The translations under genes and the position numbers were made by a program. The notes under the pieces were generated by a model. The model was not told the origin of the DNA. It was given only the letters and a program-made list of their open reading frames with translations, and searched no databases. This document shows, piece after piece, positions 22,019-32,094 of a stretch of 64,000 bases of DNA (its first letter is position 1; every line of letters begins with the position of its first letter). Origin of the DNA: a candidate division WOR-3 bacterium (GTDB lineage Bacteria > Hydrothermota > Tepidihabitantia > Tepidihabitantales > Tepidihabitantaceae); NCBI GenBank assembly GCA_037441285.1, contig JBBISL010000004.1, forward strand, positions 32,001-96,000, written 5' to 3'.

Positions 22019-22747
22019 TTATGCCCCCTTTTTCATATTCTCTTCGGTAAAGTAACTGTCCTTAATCCCGACATCAATCTCAACATCAAGGAGTTTTAAC
22101 TCGGTTATCGTGCCCCGTGCCAGGTTGTCCAATCGCACCGTTCGTGGAATCCAGACTTCGTTTGCCTTTTGGAAATCGGCAAAAACTAACGATTTTGCCA
22201 CACGCCCGTCTCGGGCAATCTTCTCCAATCGCAATGGGAGAAACCGCTCCTTCTCCACCCAGAGTCGGCTCTTTTCCCCATCCTGTTCCAGCGTAATGAG
22301 ATAAGCCTTTACGCCGTTGAGTTCCACCTCATCCGCCTCCCCGTGGGCAACGCTCGTTCCGAAAGAAATACTCGCCATTTCTTTATAGGAAAAGTCGGAC
22401 CCGCCAAAACTCTGGTCCGCAGCACTCCCGGAAATTCTCCTTACCCGGCCCTGCGCCGGCAGATAGACCCACATATTTTCGGGCGATGTCGTAAGAAAAC
22501 TCACGCCTCTTAACTCAGCGGGCGAAATAAAAGTCACCAGCATCTTCTTGTCACCCTTCATCACCATCCGCAAGGTGCGTTCCTGCACCCTTTTGCTTTT
22601 ATCGGTTATCCGCATCACCGCTTTAACCCGGCGGTCCTGAGCTGTGGTTGTGTTTCGTAACCGATTCAAAACCTCCTGGGCGCTCATCGCGTAAACCCCT
22701 ATAAAAAGTCCACCCAGCAGCAACATCGTTCTTCTTATTTTACCCAT
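22019..22747 (-). CDS. Outer membrane lipoprotein-sorting protein (LolA-like)
   Basis: F.SPAELRGVSFL, WVYLPA.GRVRRI, FGGSDFSY, FTEENM. Confidence 0.85.
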   Translation of the reverse strand: MGKIRRTMLLLGGLFIGVYAMSAQEVLNRLRNTTTAQDRRVKAVMRITDKSKRVQERTLRMVMKGDKKMLVTFISPAELRGVSFLTTSPENMWVYLPAQGRVRRISGSAADQSFGGSDFSYKEMASISFGTSVAHGEADEVELNGVKAYLITLEQDGEKSRLWVEKERFLPLRLEKIARDGRVAKSLVFADFQKANEVWIPRTVRLDNLARGTITELKLLDVEIDVGIKDSYFTEENMKKGA

Positions 22748-22759
22748 TTTGACCTCCTT

Positions 22760-25018
22760 TTATCTTGCTTTTTTATCTCTAAATCCGGCGAAAATCGCTG
22801 GTAGTAAAACCAGTGCACCGATGCTGGATAGAAGCATCGCACCGGCAATCAGCAGCCCGAACTTCTGAATTATCACCAGAGAAGCAAACGCCAGCACCGC
22901 AAAGCCAAGACCGACCGCCAGGGCATTGATGACAATTGGCGGTCCTACACCTGCAAGGGTACGGCGCAGGCACTCTCTAATATCAACCCCAACCCGGCTT
23001 TCCTCCTGAAAACGGGCGAGAAAATGACAGGAGTAATCAATCCCAATTCCCAATGCGATTGCCCCCAGCATCGCAGTGACAATATCAACCTCAATACCCC
23101 AAATCCCCATAACGCCAAAGGCAACCGTGAGAGTAAACCCGATTGGAACCATTCCGGCTAATCCAAAACGCACCGAGCGGAAAAAGGCGGCGACAATAAT
23201 AAATACCGCCAGGAATGCCACGACAATGCTCCACAACTGGCTTGTGGCAATCGCTCGATGCAAGGCATAAACTGCCAGGGGCATCCCCCCCAGTTCAACC
23301 TTTACATCAGAACCAAAATTGCGCTTTAATAGCTTTTGAATCTCTATCACCGCCTTACCAATCTCACTGCTTTTCTCCTGACTGAACTGGGCGGTAATCC
23401 TTGCCCGAGCGTAGTCACTGGTCACCATATCAGCCAGATAGTCTGAACCGGAAAAGGAAAGTAACAACAGAAATTGCGCAATGCCCTCTCTCGTATCAGG
23501 AATTACCTCAAACTTGGGGTCGTCGCCATGAAACGCCCGATTTGCCCTTTTTAACACATCAACAATCGAGGTGATATGGGTGACATACCGCACCTGTTTT
23601 AGCTCGTTAATAAACTTATCTATTTGGCACAAAACCGCCGGGTCCTGAATGTCCCCATCAACAACAATCTCAAATTGTAACTCACCACCAAACTGCTCAT
23701 TGACAATTTTTGCCGCTCGGGTCGGACTGGAACCGGGTTTAAAGTAGCGGACAAAATCGGTTTCGGGTTTCACCTTCACACCCCAAAATAGCGACCCAAT
23801 CATAACAATCCCGGCACAAATTAGAACTGGTGTGCGCGCCCGCCGAATCCAATCTGCCCACCTTTCAAAAATCAAGCCTCTGCCTTGCGCCATCGCCTGC
23901 GTCTTTCCAATATCACACCGCCTTCTCCGCTCGAGTAAAACAAGCAACGCCGGCAAAAACAGTACCGCCAGAATAAAAGAAAATATCACGCCAATCACCG
24001 AGAAAATTGCAAAGGCACGAATCGCGTTAATTCGCATCACCACATTAGCCCCAAACCCGACAACCGTCGTCGCCATCGCCAGAAATACAGGCATTCCGGT
24101 ATTACCCACCGCCGTCTGAACAAGTTCCAAACCACATTTGCCCATCCGCCTTTCCTGCAACCAGCGTTCTACGATATGAATCCCATAAGCACTCCCTACC
24201 GAAAGCACAATCGGAGGCAAAACAATCAAAACTACGGTCAAAGGTTGTCCGGTCAAAGCAATCAGCCCCAAAGTCCATAGCACCGCAATGCCCACGGTCA
24301 GGATGGGTAGAACGACACCCTGCCAGTTACGAAATAGAAAAACAAACACCAGCACCAATACGAGTACAACCAGCGGAATGAGTCGGGTCAGGTCCTGCAT
24401 CATCCAGTCCCGCATAAATTTCATCAATGCCGCAGAACCGGTCAGTGATATCCGGGTACCGATTCCCTTCTTCTGCACTTCCCTTTCAACTTCCCGTACC
24501 GCGGACAACTTATCAACACCGGGCTTGAACCGAACCAGCAACAGCATGCTATTACCATCCTCAGCCAGTAATCTCCCTCGATACCGTTCATCGCTTAAAA
24601 GCCGTTCCCTCAGCTTCTTTAACCCCGTTTCACTTGTCGGAATCGATTCAATCACCCGCGATATTTGCACCTCATCTCCGACGCCGACGACATCTTGAAG
24701 ATTGGTGAGCGCCACCACTTCGTTCACGGGCGTCAGCGCTTCCAGACTCCGCACCAGGCTGTCCAACTGCAAAAGCCCGCCGGATGCAAATAAATTATCG
24801 GCCTCAACCAGCACCACCACCTGGTCGGAGCCCCCAAAATCTTCGTCCACGACTTTTAAAACCCCCACCCCGGACTCGTTTTCCGGCAAAAGCGAAATTA
24901 CATCTGCCTCAACCCTCAACCGGCTTAGCAGCAAAACCGCCCCCAGCGTCAGCAGACTGACCACCAGGACAATCCACCCGGGAAATTTAAAAACCAGGTA
25001 GGCAATTCGTTTCATCAT
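22760..25018 (-). CDS. MMPL/RND family transporter
   Basis: Two MMPL repeats: VGSAYGIH, GIGIDYSCH, FGG loops, about 12 TM. Confidence 0.9.
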   Translation of the reverse strand: MMKRIAYLVFKFPGWIVLVVSLLTLGAVLLLSRLRVEADVISLLPENESGVGVLKVVDEDFGGSDQVVVLVEADNLFASGGLLQLDSLVRSLEALTPVNEVVALTNLQDVVGVGDEVQISRVIESIPTSETGLKKLRERLLSDERYRGRLLAEDGNSMLLLVRFKPGVDKLSAVREVEREVQKKGIGTRISLTGSAALMKFMRDWMMQDLTRLIPLVVLVLVLVFVFLFRNWQGVVLPILTVGIAVLWTLGLIALTGQPLTVVLIVLPPIVLSVGSAYGIHIVERWLQERRMGKCGLELVQTAVGNTGMPVFLAMATTVVGFGANVVMRINAIRAFAIFSVIGVIFSFILAVLFLPALLVLLERRRRCDIGKTQAMAQGRGLIFERWADWIRRARTPVLICAGIVMIGSLFWGVKVKPETDFVRYFKPGSSPTRAAKIVNEQFGGELQFEIVVDGDIQDPAVLCQIDKFINELKQVRYVTHITSIVDVLKRANRAFHGDDPKFEVIPDTREGIAQFLLLLSFSGSDYLADMVTSDYARARITAQFSQEKSSEIGKAVIEIQKLLKRNFGSDVKVELGGMPLAVYALHRAIATSQLWSIVVAFLAVFIIVAAFFRSVRFGLAGMVPIGFTLTVAFGVMGIWGIEVDIVTAMLGAIALGIGIDYSCHFLARFQEESRVGVDIRECLRRTLAGVGPPIVINALAVGLGFAVLAFASLVIIQKFGLLIAGAMLLSSIGALVLLPAIFAGFRDKKAR

Positions 25019-25048
25019 AGACTGATTCCTTTAGTTTCTGCAATAAAC

Positions 25049-25104
25049 TTTATAGTATTAAATATTAATATTATAAATAATACACAATGTTAATTATTTG
25101 TCAA
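25049..25104 (-). promoter_or_regulatory. MMPL operon promoter TTGACA-N16-TATTAT with adjacent inverted repeat (putative MarR operator)
   Basis: TTTATAGTATTAA-ATA-TTAATATTATAAA at 25049-25077 (13-bp arms, 1 mismatch) covers the predicted +1. Confidence 0.55.
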
Positions 25105-25150
25105 GAAAAAAATTAAAGGTCGATCGGGGTGAGATTTTATATGCCGCTGG

Positions 25151-25561
25151 TTACTTTTTCGCCACCAAACCCTGTGCCAGTTGTTCTAAGGTATCGATAA
25201 AAACCTTCAGGTTTTGGTCCGGGATACGCCGCATCATCTTCAGCAATCCCTGACGGTTCAACCTTGCCAGGTGTTGCGCCATCTTGACTCCGGCTGGGGT
25301 TAATTGAACCAAAACCACCCGCCGGTCCTCGGTGGAACGGTCGCGTTCTACTAACTTCTTTTTCACTAAACGGTCGACCAGACCACTGGCATTGGCCTTA
25401 GAAATTCCCAGAACCTCGGCAAGTTGATTCATACTTGTCTGCCGCATATTCAATAGGGTAATAAGTACCATCGTCTGGGAAAAGGAAAACTCCTGCCCTA
25501 ACGCCTCAACCGAACTTAACAACCTCAAACCCCGGACGAGAATCGGTCCGAGCCATTCCAA
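25151..25561 (-). CDS. MarR family transcriptional regulator
   Basis: LAEVLGISKANASGLVDRLVKKKLVER.RSTEDRRVVLVQLT; start uncertain. Confidence 0.93.
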   Translation of the reverse strand: MEWLGPILVRGLRLLSSVEALGQEFSFSQTMVLITLLNMRQTSMNQLAEVLGISKANASGLVDRLVKKKLVERDRSTEDRRVVLVQLTPAGVKMAQHLARLNRQGLLKMMRRIPDQNLKVFIDTLEQLAQGLVAKK

Positions 25562-25599
25562 TTTTGCTAAATAAAAATCCTCTTTCTTGCCGATATATT

Positions 25600-25627
25600 A
25601 TTATTCTATTTTCACGGCGGTTGTCAA
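25600..25627 (-). promoter_or_regulatory. marR promoter TTGACA-N16-AATAAT
   Basis: Divergent from the glyA promoter. Confidence 0.45.
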
Positions 25628-25687
25628 TCACAACTTTGAAGATTAAAAACCCATTACCAAAACAGGAAAAACTTTCCCCTATTTATC

Positions 25688-25715
25688 TTGACTTTTGCCC
25701 GCAATGCCTTACTCT
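25688..25715 (+). promoter_or_regulatory. glyA promoter TTGACT-N16-TACTCT
   Basis: Followed by a leader with AAGGAG SD. Confidence 0.6.
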
Positions 25716-25750
25716 TTAATAACAATGCTATCAAAGCAAGGAGTTAAACT

Positions 25751-27031
25751 ATGACCGCTAAAAATCTTTATGAAATTGACCCGGAAATTTTTGACGCGAT
25801 TGTCAAAGAAACCAACCGGCAGCACTCCAATTTAGAATTGATCGCCTCAGAAAATTTCTGTTCCGAGGCGGTGCTCGCGGCTCTCGGTTCGGTTTTGACC
25901 AATAAGTATGCCGAAGGCTATCCTAAAAAACGCTATTACGGCGGCTGCCGTTATGTCGACATCGCCGAAGAGTTAGCAATTCAACGTGCCAAGGAGCTAT
26001 TCGGCTGCGACCATGCCAATGTCCAGCCCCACTCTGGCACTCAGGCGAATATCGCCGCCTATTTAACTCTGGCGCAGCCCGGCGACACTATTATGGGACT
26101 ATCGCTTTCCCACGGTGGCCACCTTTCGCATGGCCACCCCATCAACTTCTCTGGCCGCTATTTTAAAGTTGTCCATTACACCGTTGACCCGAATACCGAA
26201 ATGCTTGACTACGAGGCGATAAGAAAACTGGCGCGGGAACATAAACCCCGCGTCATTGTTAGCGGCGCCTCGGCTTATCCGCGAACCATTCATTTCGACC
26301 GATTCCAGGAAATTTGTGATGAGGTCGGTGCCGCGCAAATTGCCGACATTGCCCACATCGCTGGACCAATTGCCGCGGGGCTTCATCCTTCCCCAATACC
26401 TTATGCGGACATTGTGACAACAACAACCCACAAAACCTTACGCGGTCCCCGCGGGGCAATTATCATGTGCAAGGCAAAGTATGCTGAAGAACTGGACAAA
26501 GTAGTTTTCCCGGGGACCCAAGGCGGACCACTCGAACATTGCATTGCTGCCAAAGCGGTGGCATTCAAAGAAGCGCTGACCCCTGAATTCAAGGAGTACC
26601 AACAACAGACCCTCGCCAATGCTAAAACCTTAGCCGAAGAACTTGCAAAACGGGGATTCCGGCTCTGCACCGGTGGTACCGACAACCATTTAATGCTTGT
26701 CGACCTGCGACCTAAGAACATCAAAGGCCGGGATGCGGAACGGCTTCTCGGGAAAGTGGGCATCACCGTAAACCGCAACACCATTCCCTTTGACCCGGAA
26801 AAACCATTCATTGCCTCGGGTATGCGGCTGGGTACACCCGCCCTTACGACCCGCGGGATGAAGGAACCGGAGATGGTAAGAATTGCTGAACTGATTGACC
26901 GAACTATTACCGCGGGCGACGACGAAGCCAAACTGGAAAAAATCAAAGCCGAAGTAAAAGAACTTGTCGATTCTTTCCCGCTTTATCAGGAACGAAGAGC
27001 CGAATATCAAACTATTATCCCGAAGGAATAA
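25751..27031 (+). CDS. glyA: Serine hydroxymethyltransferase
   Basis: [39 protein letters not shown]. Confidence 0.98.
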   Translation: MTAKNLYEIDPEIFDAIVKETNRQHSNLELIASENFCSEAVLAALGSVLTNKYAEGYPKKRYYGGCRYVDIAEELAIQRAKELFGCDHANVQPHSGTQANIAAYLTLAQPGDTIMGLSLSHGGHLSHGHPINFSGRYFKVVHYTVDPNTEMLDYEAIRKLAREHKPRVIVSGASAYPRTIHFDRFQEICDEVGAAQIADIAHIAGPIAAGLHPSPIPYADIVTTTTHKTLRGPRGAIIMCKAKYAEELDKVVFPGTQGGPLEHCIAAKAVAFKEALTPEFKEYQQQTLANAKTLAEELAKRGFRLCTGGTDNHLMLVDLRPKNIKGRDAERLLGKVGITVNRNTIPFDPEKPFIASGMRLGTPALTTRGMKEPEMVRIAELIDRTITAGDDEAKLEKIKAEVKELVDSFPLYQERRAEYQTIIPKE

Positions 27032-27033
27032 TT

Positions 27034-28314
27034 ATGGCGCGACCAACAATTGCTCGTTTTACCGCCCGGGAAATTCTTGACTCCCGGGGCAATCCCACAC
27101 TTGAAGTTGACTGCATCCTTGCCAACGGAATTATGGGAAGGGCATCGGTTCCATCCGGCGCTTCGGTTGGTTCGTTTGAAGCCCTGGAAATGCGCGACAA
27201 AGACCCGAAGCGCTACCTCGGTAAGGGCGTGCTCAAAGCGATTGCCAACATTCACGATGTTATTTCACCCCGCCTCGTCGGAATGGATGCCACTGACCAG
27301 TTTCAGATTGACCAGATGCTGATTGAACTGGACGGCACCAAGAATAAATCTAAACTCGGTGCCAATGCCATCCTCGGCGTTTCCCTTGCTGTCTGCCGAG
27401 CCGCCGCGGTGTGTGCTGGACTCCCCATCTACCGTTTGCTGGGTGGTGCCGGTACCAGATTTACCCCAACACCGTTTCTGAACATCATCAACGGTGGCCT
27501 GCACGCCCCTAACAATCTTGACTTCCAAGAGTATATGATTGTTCCCGCCGGTTTTCCAACATTCCGCGATGCGATTCGGGCCGCCGCTGAAATCTACCAG
27601 ACGCTAAAGAAAATTCTTGAAGCCAAGAACCTTCCCACAACTGTTGGTGACGAAGGCGGCATGGCACCAAATTTCTCCAGCAACGAAGAACCCCTGCAGA
27701 TAATTATGCAGGCAATTGAGCAGGCTGGCTATATTCCCGGGGAACAGGTTTACCTGGCAATTGATGTTGCCGCCAGCACTATTTACCGTGATGGCGTCTA
27801 TCTGCTTAGCAACCCTGAGAAACGAACCGTCACCGCCAATGAATTGATCGGCCTCTATGCCGAATGGACCGAACGCTACCCGATTATCTCCATCGAAGAC
27901 GGTCTGGCAGAAGAAGACTGGGCAGGCTGGCATGAACTAACCTCCCGACTTGGCAAAAGGGTTCAACTGGTTGGAGATGATATCTTTGTCACCAACATCG
28001 AGCGCCTCCATCGCGGTATCCAGGAAGGTGCTGCCAACGCAGTTCTGGTAAAACCCACCCAGATTGGCACGGTAAGCGAAACCATCGATTGCGTCAAAGT
28101 CGCAATGGAAAATGGCTACCGCGCGATTGTCTCGCACCGCTCGGGTGAAACCGATGACCATTTTATCGCTGACCTCGCCGTAGCGGTTAACTGTGGCCAG
28201 ATTAAAACTGGAGCACCCTGCCGTGGTGAACGAACCGCCAAATACAACCGATTGATTCGAATTGAAGAAGAAGACCGCCTGCCTTACGCTGGTCTTAAAA
28301 CCCTATCACGATGA
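27034..28314 (+). CDS. eno: Enolase
   Basis: [43 protein letters not shown]. Confidence 0.97.
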   Translation: MARPTIARFTAREILDSRGNPTLEVDCILANGIMGRASVPSGASVGSFEALEMRDKDPKRYLGKGVLKAIANIHDVISPRLVGMDATDQFQIDQMLIELDGTKNKSKLGANAILGVSLAVCRAAAVCAGLPIYRLLGGAGTRFTPTPFLNIINGGLHAPNNLDFQEYMIVPAGFPTFRDAIRAAAEIYQTLKKILEAKNLPTTVGDEGGMAPNFSSNEEPLQIIMQAIEQAGYIPGEQVYLAIDVAASTIYRDGVYLLSNPEKRTVTANELIGLYAEWTERYPIISIEDGLAEEDWAGWHELTSRLGKRVQLVGDDIFVTNIERLHRGIQEGAANAVLVKPTQIGTVSETIDCVKVAMENGYRAIVSHRSGETDDHFIADLAVAVNCGQIKTGAPCRGERTAKYNRLIRIEEEDRLPYAGLKTLSR

Positions 28315-28583
28315 GCGGCAAGCGTAAAACCGTGTTGATTTTCGCCGGCGGCTTATTTATCCTGCTCGGCACCATATTTCTTCCTGGACCAAACGGACTG
28401 GTCCGGGTTCTTTTAAGACTGTATCGCATCAAACAGCACCAGCGTGCTCTCGTACGATTAAAGGCAAAAACTGACACCTTAGAACGCAAAATCAAGCTCT
28501 GGCAAAACCCGGATTACGCGGCAAAAATGGCACGCACTCTTCTGGGTCCGGACACCTCCTCCCAATCTGACACGAACAAGTAG
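28311..28583 (+). CDS. Septum formation initiator FtsB/DivIC family
   Basis: TM + GPNG + coiled coil + AR..LG; canonical position after eno. Confidence 0.75.
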   Translation: MSGKRKTVLIFAGGLFILLGTIFLPGPNGLVRVLLRLYRIKQHQRALVRLKAKTDTLERKIKLWQNPDYAAKMARTLLGPDTSSQSDTNK

Positions 28584-28586
28584 TCG

Positions 28587-29360
28587 CTAAACCGGTGGCA
28601 ATAACACCTGAGGCCTTCCAGTAAAGGGATGTTTCGTTACAACCGGTTCCAAACCGTAGGCAGCGTGGATTAAATCCGGGGTCAGAACCTTTTCTGGTAC
28701 ATCGCAAGCGACCGGTTTCCCTTTCGCCAGTAATAGTAACCGTGAGCAAAAAGCGGCTTCATTCAAATCGTGCGACACAAGTACAATTGTTTTTCCCTGG
28801 TTATTTAGTGTTTTCAGGATTTGCAATATCGTCACCTGGTGAACAAGGTCCAGGTGGGCAGTCGCTTCATCGAGTAAAAGAATTTCGGGCTCCTGTGCCA
28901 GCGCCCGGGCAAGGAGTACCCTTTGCTTTTCCCCGGCTGATATTGAGTTGATGTTTTGCCCGGCAAGCATTTGTACCCCGGTCAATCTCATCGCTTCGGC
29001 TGCCTTCTTTAAGTCCTCTGCTCCTGGCCGCTCCAGGAGTTTTAGATATGGGTTGCGCCCCATCATCACCACCTCCTGGACCGTCCATTCAAAAGCAAAA
29101 AAACTCTCCTGTGGCACAAAGGCAATGGTCCGAGCAATCTCTCGCCGAGACAACTGGTTGAGCTCTTTCTCCATCACCTTGACAACGCCCCGCTGTGGTT
29201 TTCGCACGCCGGCAAGCAAACGCAAAAGGGTTGATTTACCTGAACCATTCGGGCCAATGATGCCGAGAAACTCACCCGATTCAATCGCAAGAAAAAACTC
29301 TTCAAAAATCAATGCTTGCGTATAGCCGAAACTTATCTTTTCCGCGGTGATTGCTTTCAT
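28587..29360 (-). CDS. ABC transporter ATPase (BtuD/FepC-like)
   Basis: GPNGSGKS, FVPQ, ISAGEKQR, LLLDE, SHDLN. Confidence 0.92.
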   Translation of the reverse strand: MKAITAEKISFGYTQALIFEEFFLAIESGEFLGIIGPNGSGKSTLLRLLAGVRKPQRGVVKVMEKELNQLSRREIARTIAFVPQESFFAFEWTVQEVVMMGRNPYLKLLERPGAEDLKKAAEAMRLTGVQMLAGQNINSISAGEKQRVLLARALAQEPEILLLDEATAHLDLVHQVTILQILKTLNNQGKTIVLVSHDLNEAAFCSRLLLLAKGKPVACDVPEKVLTPDLIHAAYGLEPVVTKHPFTGRPQVLLPPV

Positions 29361-30304
29361 ACTTTCGTGCGCAGGAGATACACAAAAAACGGCACACCAA
29401 TCAGCGCCGTTACCACTGATAACGGTAATCCCGCGGGCGTCAACACCCTTACCAGCACATCCGCAAAAAGCAAAACCCCTGCCCCGAGGATAAAAGAACC
29501 GGGCAAAACCTGACTGTGCTTGGGACTAAATAGCATCCTTACCAAATGAGGTACCACCAACCCAATAAAACTTATCGCACCAGTCCAGGCAACAATCAAT
29601 CCAACCGCAACCGACCCGATAAGAAAAACCATTTTCGTCATTCGCTGCACCTCAACACCTAAACTCAGTGCCGTCTCTTCGTTCAGGGAAATGATATCCA
29701 GCTCTCGGCTGTGAATCACCAACCAGATACATCCCGCTAATGCAAAACTGGCGGATAGGATAAAAAGCCCCAATGACTTTCGGGTAAAAACCACCCCCAA
29801 ACTTCCCATCATCAGGTAAACCGCTTCGCCCAGAGACCGGTGGGCGATAACCATCACCAGCATCACTAAACTGGAAAAGAAAAAACTAACAATAACTCCT
29901 GCTAAAACCAGTCGGATAACAGTTAAACCACCCCGGCTTCGAGAAAGCACATAGACCACGCCAATCGCCAGAATTGCTCCCGAGAAAGCAAAAATCGGCA
30001 AAAGTATACTGGACCCGGTACCAGAAACGAGGGCAAAAGTCGCGCCCAGCGCGGCGCCGCTGGCGACACCAAGCGTCCAGGGGTCAACAAGTGGATTACG
30101 GAGAAGTCCTTGAAACGCGCCCCCCACAACCGCAAGCACCCCACCCGCAATAATCCCAACTAAAACGCGGGGCAATCGAAAAAGTAGAATCTGATTGAAT
30201 TGCCTAAAAGAAAAACCGCCGGGTCCGGTCAAAATTGAGAGCACAACACTTAAAATCAATAAAAGAACTATGCCAATCCAGTTCAATCGTGCCTTGGAGC
30301 GCAT
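29357..30304 (-). CDS. ABC permease (BtuC/FecCD family)
   Basis: RLPR, QGLLRNPL.DP..LGVASGA, GAISFIGLVVPH. Confidence 0.93.
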   Translation of the reverse strand: MRSKARLNWIGIVLLLILSVVLSILTGPGGFSFRQFNQILLFRLPRVLVGIIAGGVLAVVGGAFQGLLRNPLVDPWTLGVASGAALGATFALVSGTGSSILLPIFAFSGAILAIGVVYVLSRSRGGLTVIRLVLAGVIVSFFFSSLVMLVMVIAHRSLGEAVYLMMGSLGVVFTRKSLGLFILSASFALAGCIWLVIHSRELDIISLNEETALSLGVEVQRMTKMVFLIGSVAVGLIVAWTGAISFIGLVVPHLVRMLFSPKHSQVLPGSFILGAGVLLFADVLVRVLTPAGLPLSVVTALIGVPFFVYLLRTKV

Positions 30305-31146
30305 CAGTGAAATTTATCCGGATGTAGCAATCGAGCAAGCAAAACTATTCCATCAACTACCCTGGGACCGGGACGGAAAAAAAGGTCTTCATCCAGACCG
30401 GAATATACTCTGCCTGAACATACCGCCTTTATGCTCGACCAGCCTATCCGCTGTTTAATCTCCCCCTCACTCACTAACGGATGAAGCAACAGGATAACAT
30501 CCGGATTTGCCTTTGCCACCAATTCCGGGTCAACAACCGGATAAGGTGTATTGAAATCTTCAAACACATTTTGCCCGCCGGCGCGGTGAATGATGTCGTT
30601 GATAAATGCACCCTTACCGACACTCATCAATGGCGCAACCGAAATTTCCACATAAACCTTCGGTTTATCCGAAAAGGTCGGCAGCGAATCCAGCCGCCGA
30701 CGCAAATCTGACACCAATCTCCTTGCCTCTTCGGTTCGGCCCAGTATGACGCCTACCGACTCAATTTCGGCAAAGACCCCTTCAATGTCTTGGGGATGAG
30801 ATACATATACCGGTATCCTTAACTCTCTCAACCGCTCAATAAGTTGCCGGTGCATCGGTACAGTAGTAAAAACAATATCGGGCTTCAACGCTAAAATTCG
30901 CTCAATGTCGGGCGATTGAAAATCACCCACTTTAATTTTCTCTCTCGCTCGCAACGGGAAATCACACTGATTTGTTGTACCAGAGAGCATTTCCTCTGCT
31001 CCTATGGCATAAATTATTTCCGTAATACTGGGCACAAGCGAAACACAGCGCAATTTCTTCTCGGTTGTTAAGCTACGTTTCCGAGAACCACAACTAACCA
31101 CTGTCAGCAAAAAAAGGAGTAGAATGCAATGGAAAAATACTCGCAA
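30304..31146 (-). CDS. Cobalamin/siderophore-binding lipoprotein (BtuF-like)
   Basis: SLVPSITEIIYAIG, CDFP, PDIERILALKPD, RPGPR; TTG 31146 with GAGGTG SD; lipobox VVSC. Confidence 0.88.
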   Translation of the reverse strand: MRVFFHCILLLFLLTVVSCGSRKRSLTTEKKLRCVSLVPSITEIIYAIGAEEMLSGTTNQCDFPLRAREKIKVGDFQSPDIERILALKPDIVFTTVPMHRQLIERLRELRIPVYVSHPQDIEGVFAEIESVGVILGRTEEARRLVSDLRRRLDSLPTFSDKPKVYVEISVAPLMSVGKGAFINDIIHRAGGQNVFEDFNTPYPVVDPELVAKANPDVILLLHPLVSEGEIKQRIGWSSIKAVCSGRVYSGLDEDLFFRPGPRVVDGIVLLARLLHPDKFH

Positions 31147-31183
31147 ACTGACACCTCGAAACGAGTTTTCTACTATTATTATC

Positions 31184-31981
31184 TCACACCTCACCTGTCG
31201 CATTTTCTTCTTCCGGGATTGTGGCTTTATGGGCGAACACAAGATAAGCAGTATGGGCGACCATTCTATCTACCGGCCTAATTCCGGTCTCACGTAAAAA
31301 CAATCCCCGTTCCAGAATCTCTTTTGCTCGAATTCGAACAAATCCTTCTGCACCCAGTGCCGTATTTAACCGCCGCAACTGTTCCACAGTTGGAACCAGA
31401 GCAGCCAGAGCATAACCGTTTTTCAAAGACTCTCTTGATGGTTTGACCAGCGTCCAAGGTTCGGGCACATCAAGGAAAACCGCGTCAACTTCCTTTTGTT
31501 GAAATCCCTTCTCGGCCGGGTCTGAAACAAAAAACTCACAAATTCCTTGAAGCCCGTAACGCAGGACATTCTCCCGGGCAAGAGCGCTAAATTCTGGTCT
31601 TCGTTCGTATGAATAAACTCGACCCTGAGGGCCTACAAAAGTAGCGAGAACTACCGTCAGCCCCCCGGAGCCAGAACCAACTTCAATCACCTGCGCGCCC
31701 GGAAATACCAGTGTTTGCAAAAGCATAAAACCGGTGTCTTTGGGATAAACGACCGTAGTTTTTCTTTTGACCTTTAATAACAGGTCAGCGAGGGTCGGCT
31801 TCAAAATATAAAATCGCGTGCCCATTTGTGTTTCTACCCAATCACCGTACTGTTTTCCCACAATATCTTTGAACTCGATATTTCCGCGATGGGTAGAAAA
31901 CTTCCCCTTTTCCTCAACTCTAATAAGAAATTTCATATCCTCGGAATGGTAAAGCAAAATAAAATCACCGATTTTAATCAT
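31184..31981 (-). CDS. trmI: tRNA (adenine-N1)-methyltransferase
   Basis: YPKD, EVGSGSG, SYERR.EF, FLDVPEPW, PTVEQ, RP..RMVAHTAYL. Confidence 0.92.
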   Translation of the reverse strand: MIKIGDFILLYHSEDMKFLIRVEEKGKFSTHRGNIEFKDIVGKQYGDWVETQMGTRFYILKPTLADLLLKVKRKTTVVYPKDTGFMLLQTLVFPGAQVIEVGSGSGGLTVVLATFVGPQGRVYSYERRPEFSALARENVLRYGLQGICEFFVSDPAEKGFQQKEVDAVFLDVPEPWTLVKPSRESLKNGYALAALVPTVEQLRRLNTALGAEGFVRIRAKEILERGLFLRETGIRPVDRMVAHTAYLVFAHKATIPEEENATGEV

Positions 31982-31987
31982 TGACTG

Positions 31988-32015
31988 ATTGTAAAACTTT
32001 GTATCAACAGGTCAA
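31988..32015 (-). promoter_or_regulatory. trmI promoter TTGACC-N16-TACAAT
   Basis: ATG 31981 is 6 nt downstream. Confidence 0.7.
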
Positions 32016-32059
32016 GTTAACCCGCAACCTCTTCCCAATCATTGAACTCCGCTGTATCC

Positions 32060-32087
32060 TTGACTTTTCTATCATTGCGAATATCAT
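32060..32087 (+). promoter_or_regulatory. promoter TTGACT-N16-TATCAT
   Basis: In-frame GTG 32095 is 7 nt downstream. Confidence 0.65.
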
Positions 32088-32094
32088 CCTATCG

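Noticed and set aside
31147..31183. Cobalamin riboswitch before the Btu-like ABC transporter
   Set aside because: Only about 37 nt separate trmI from the binding-protein start and there is no B12-box, so the substrate stays uncertain
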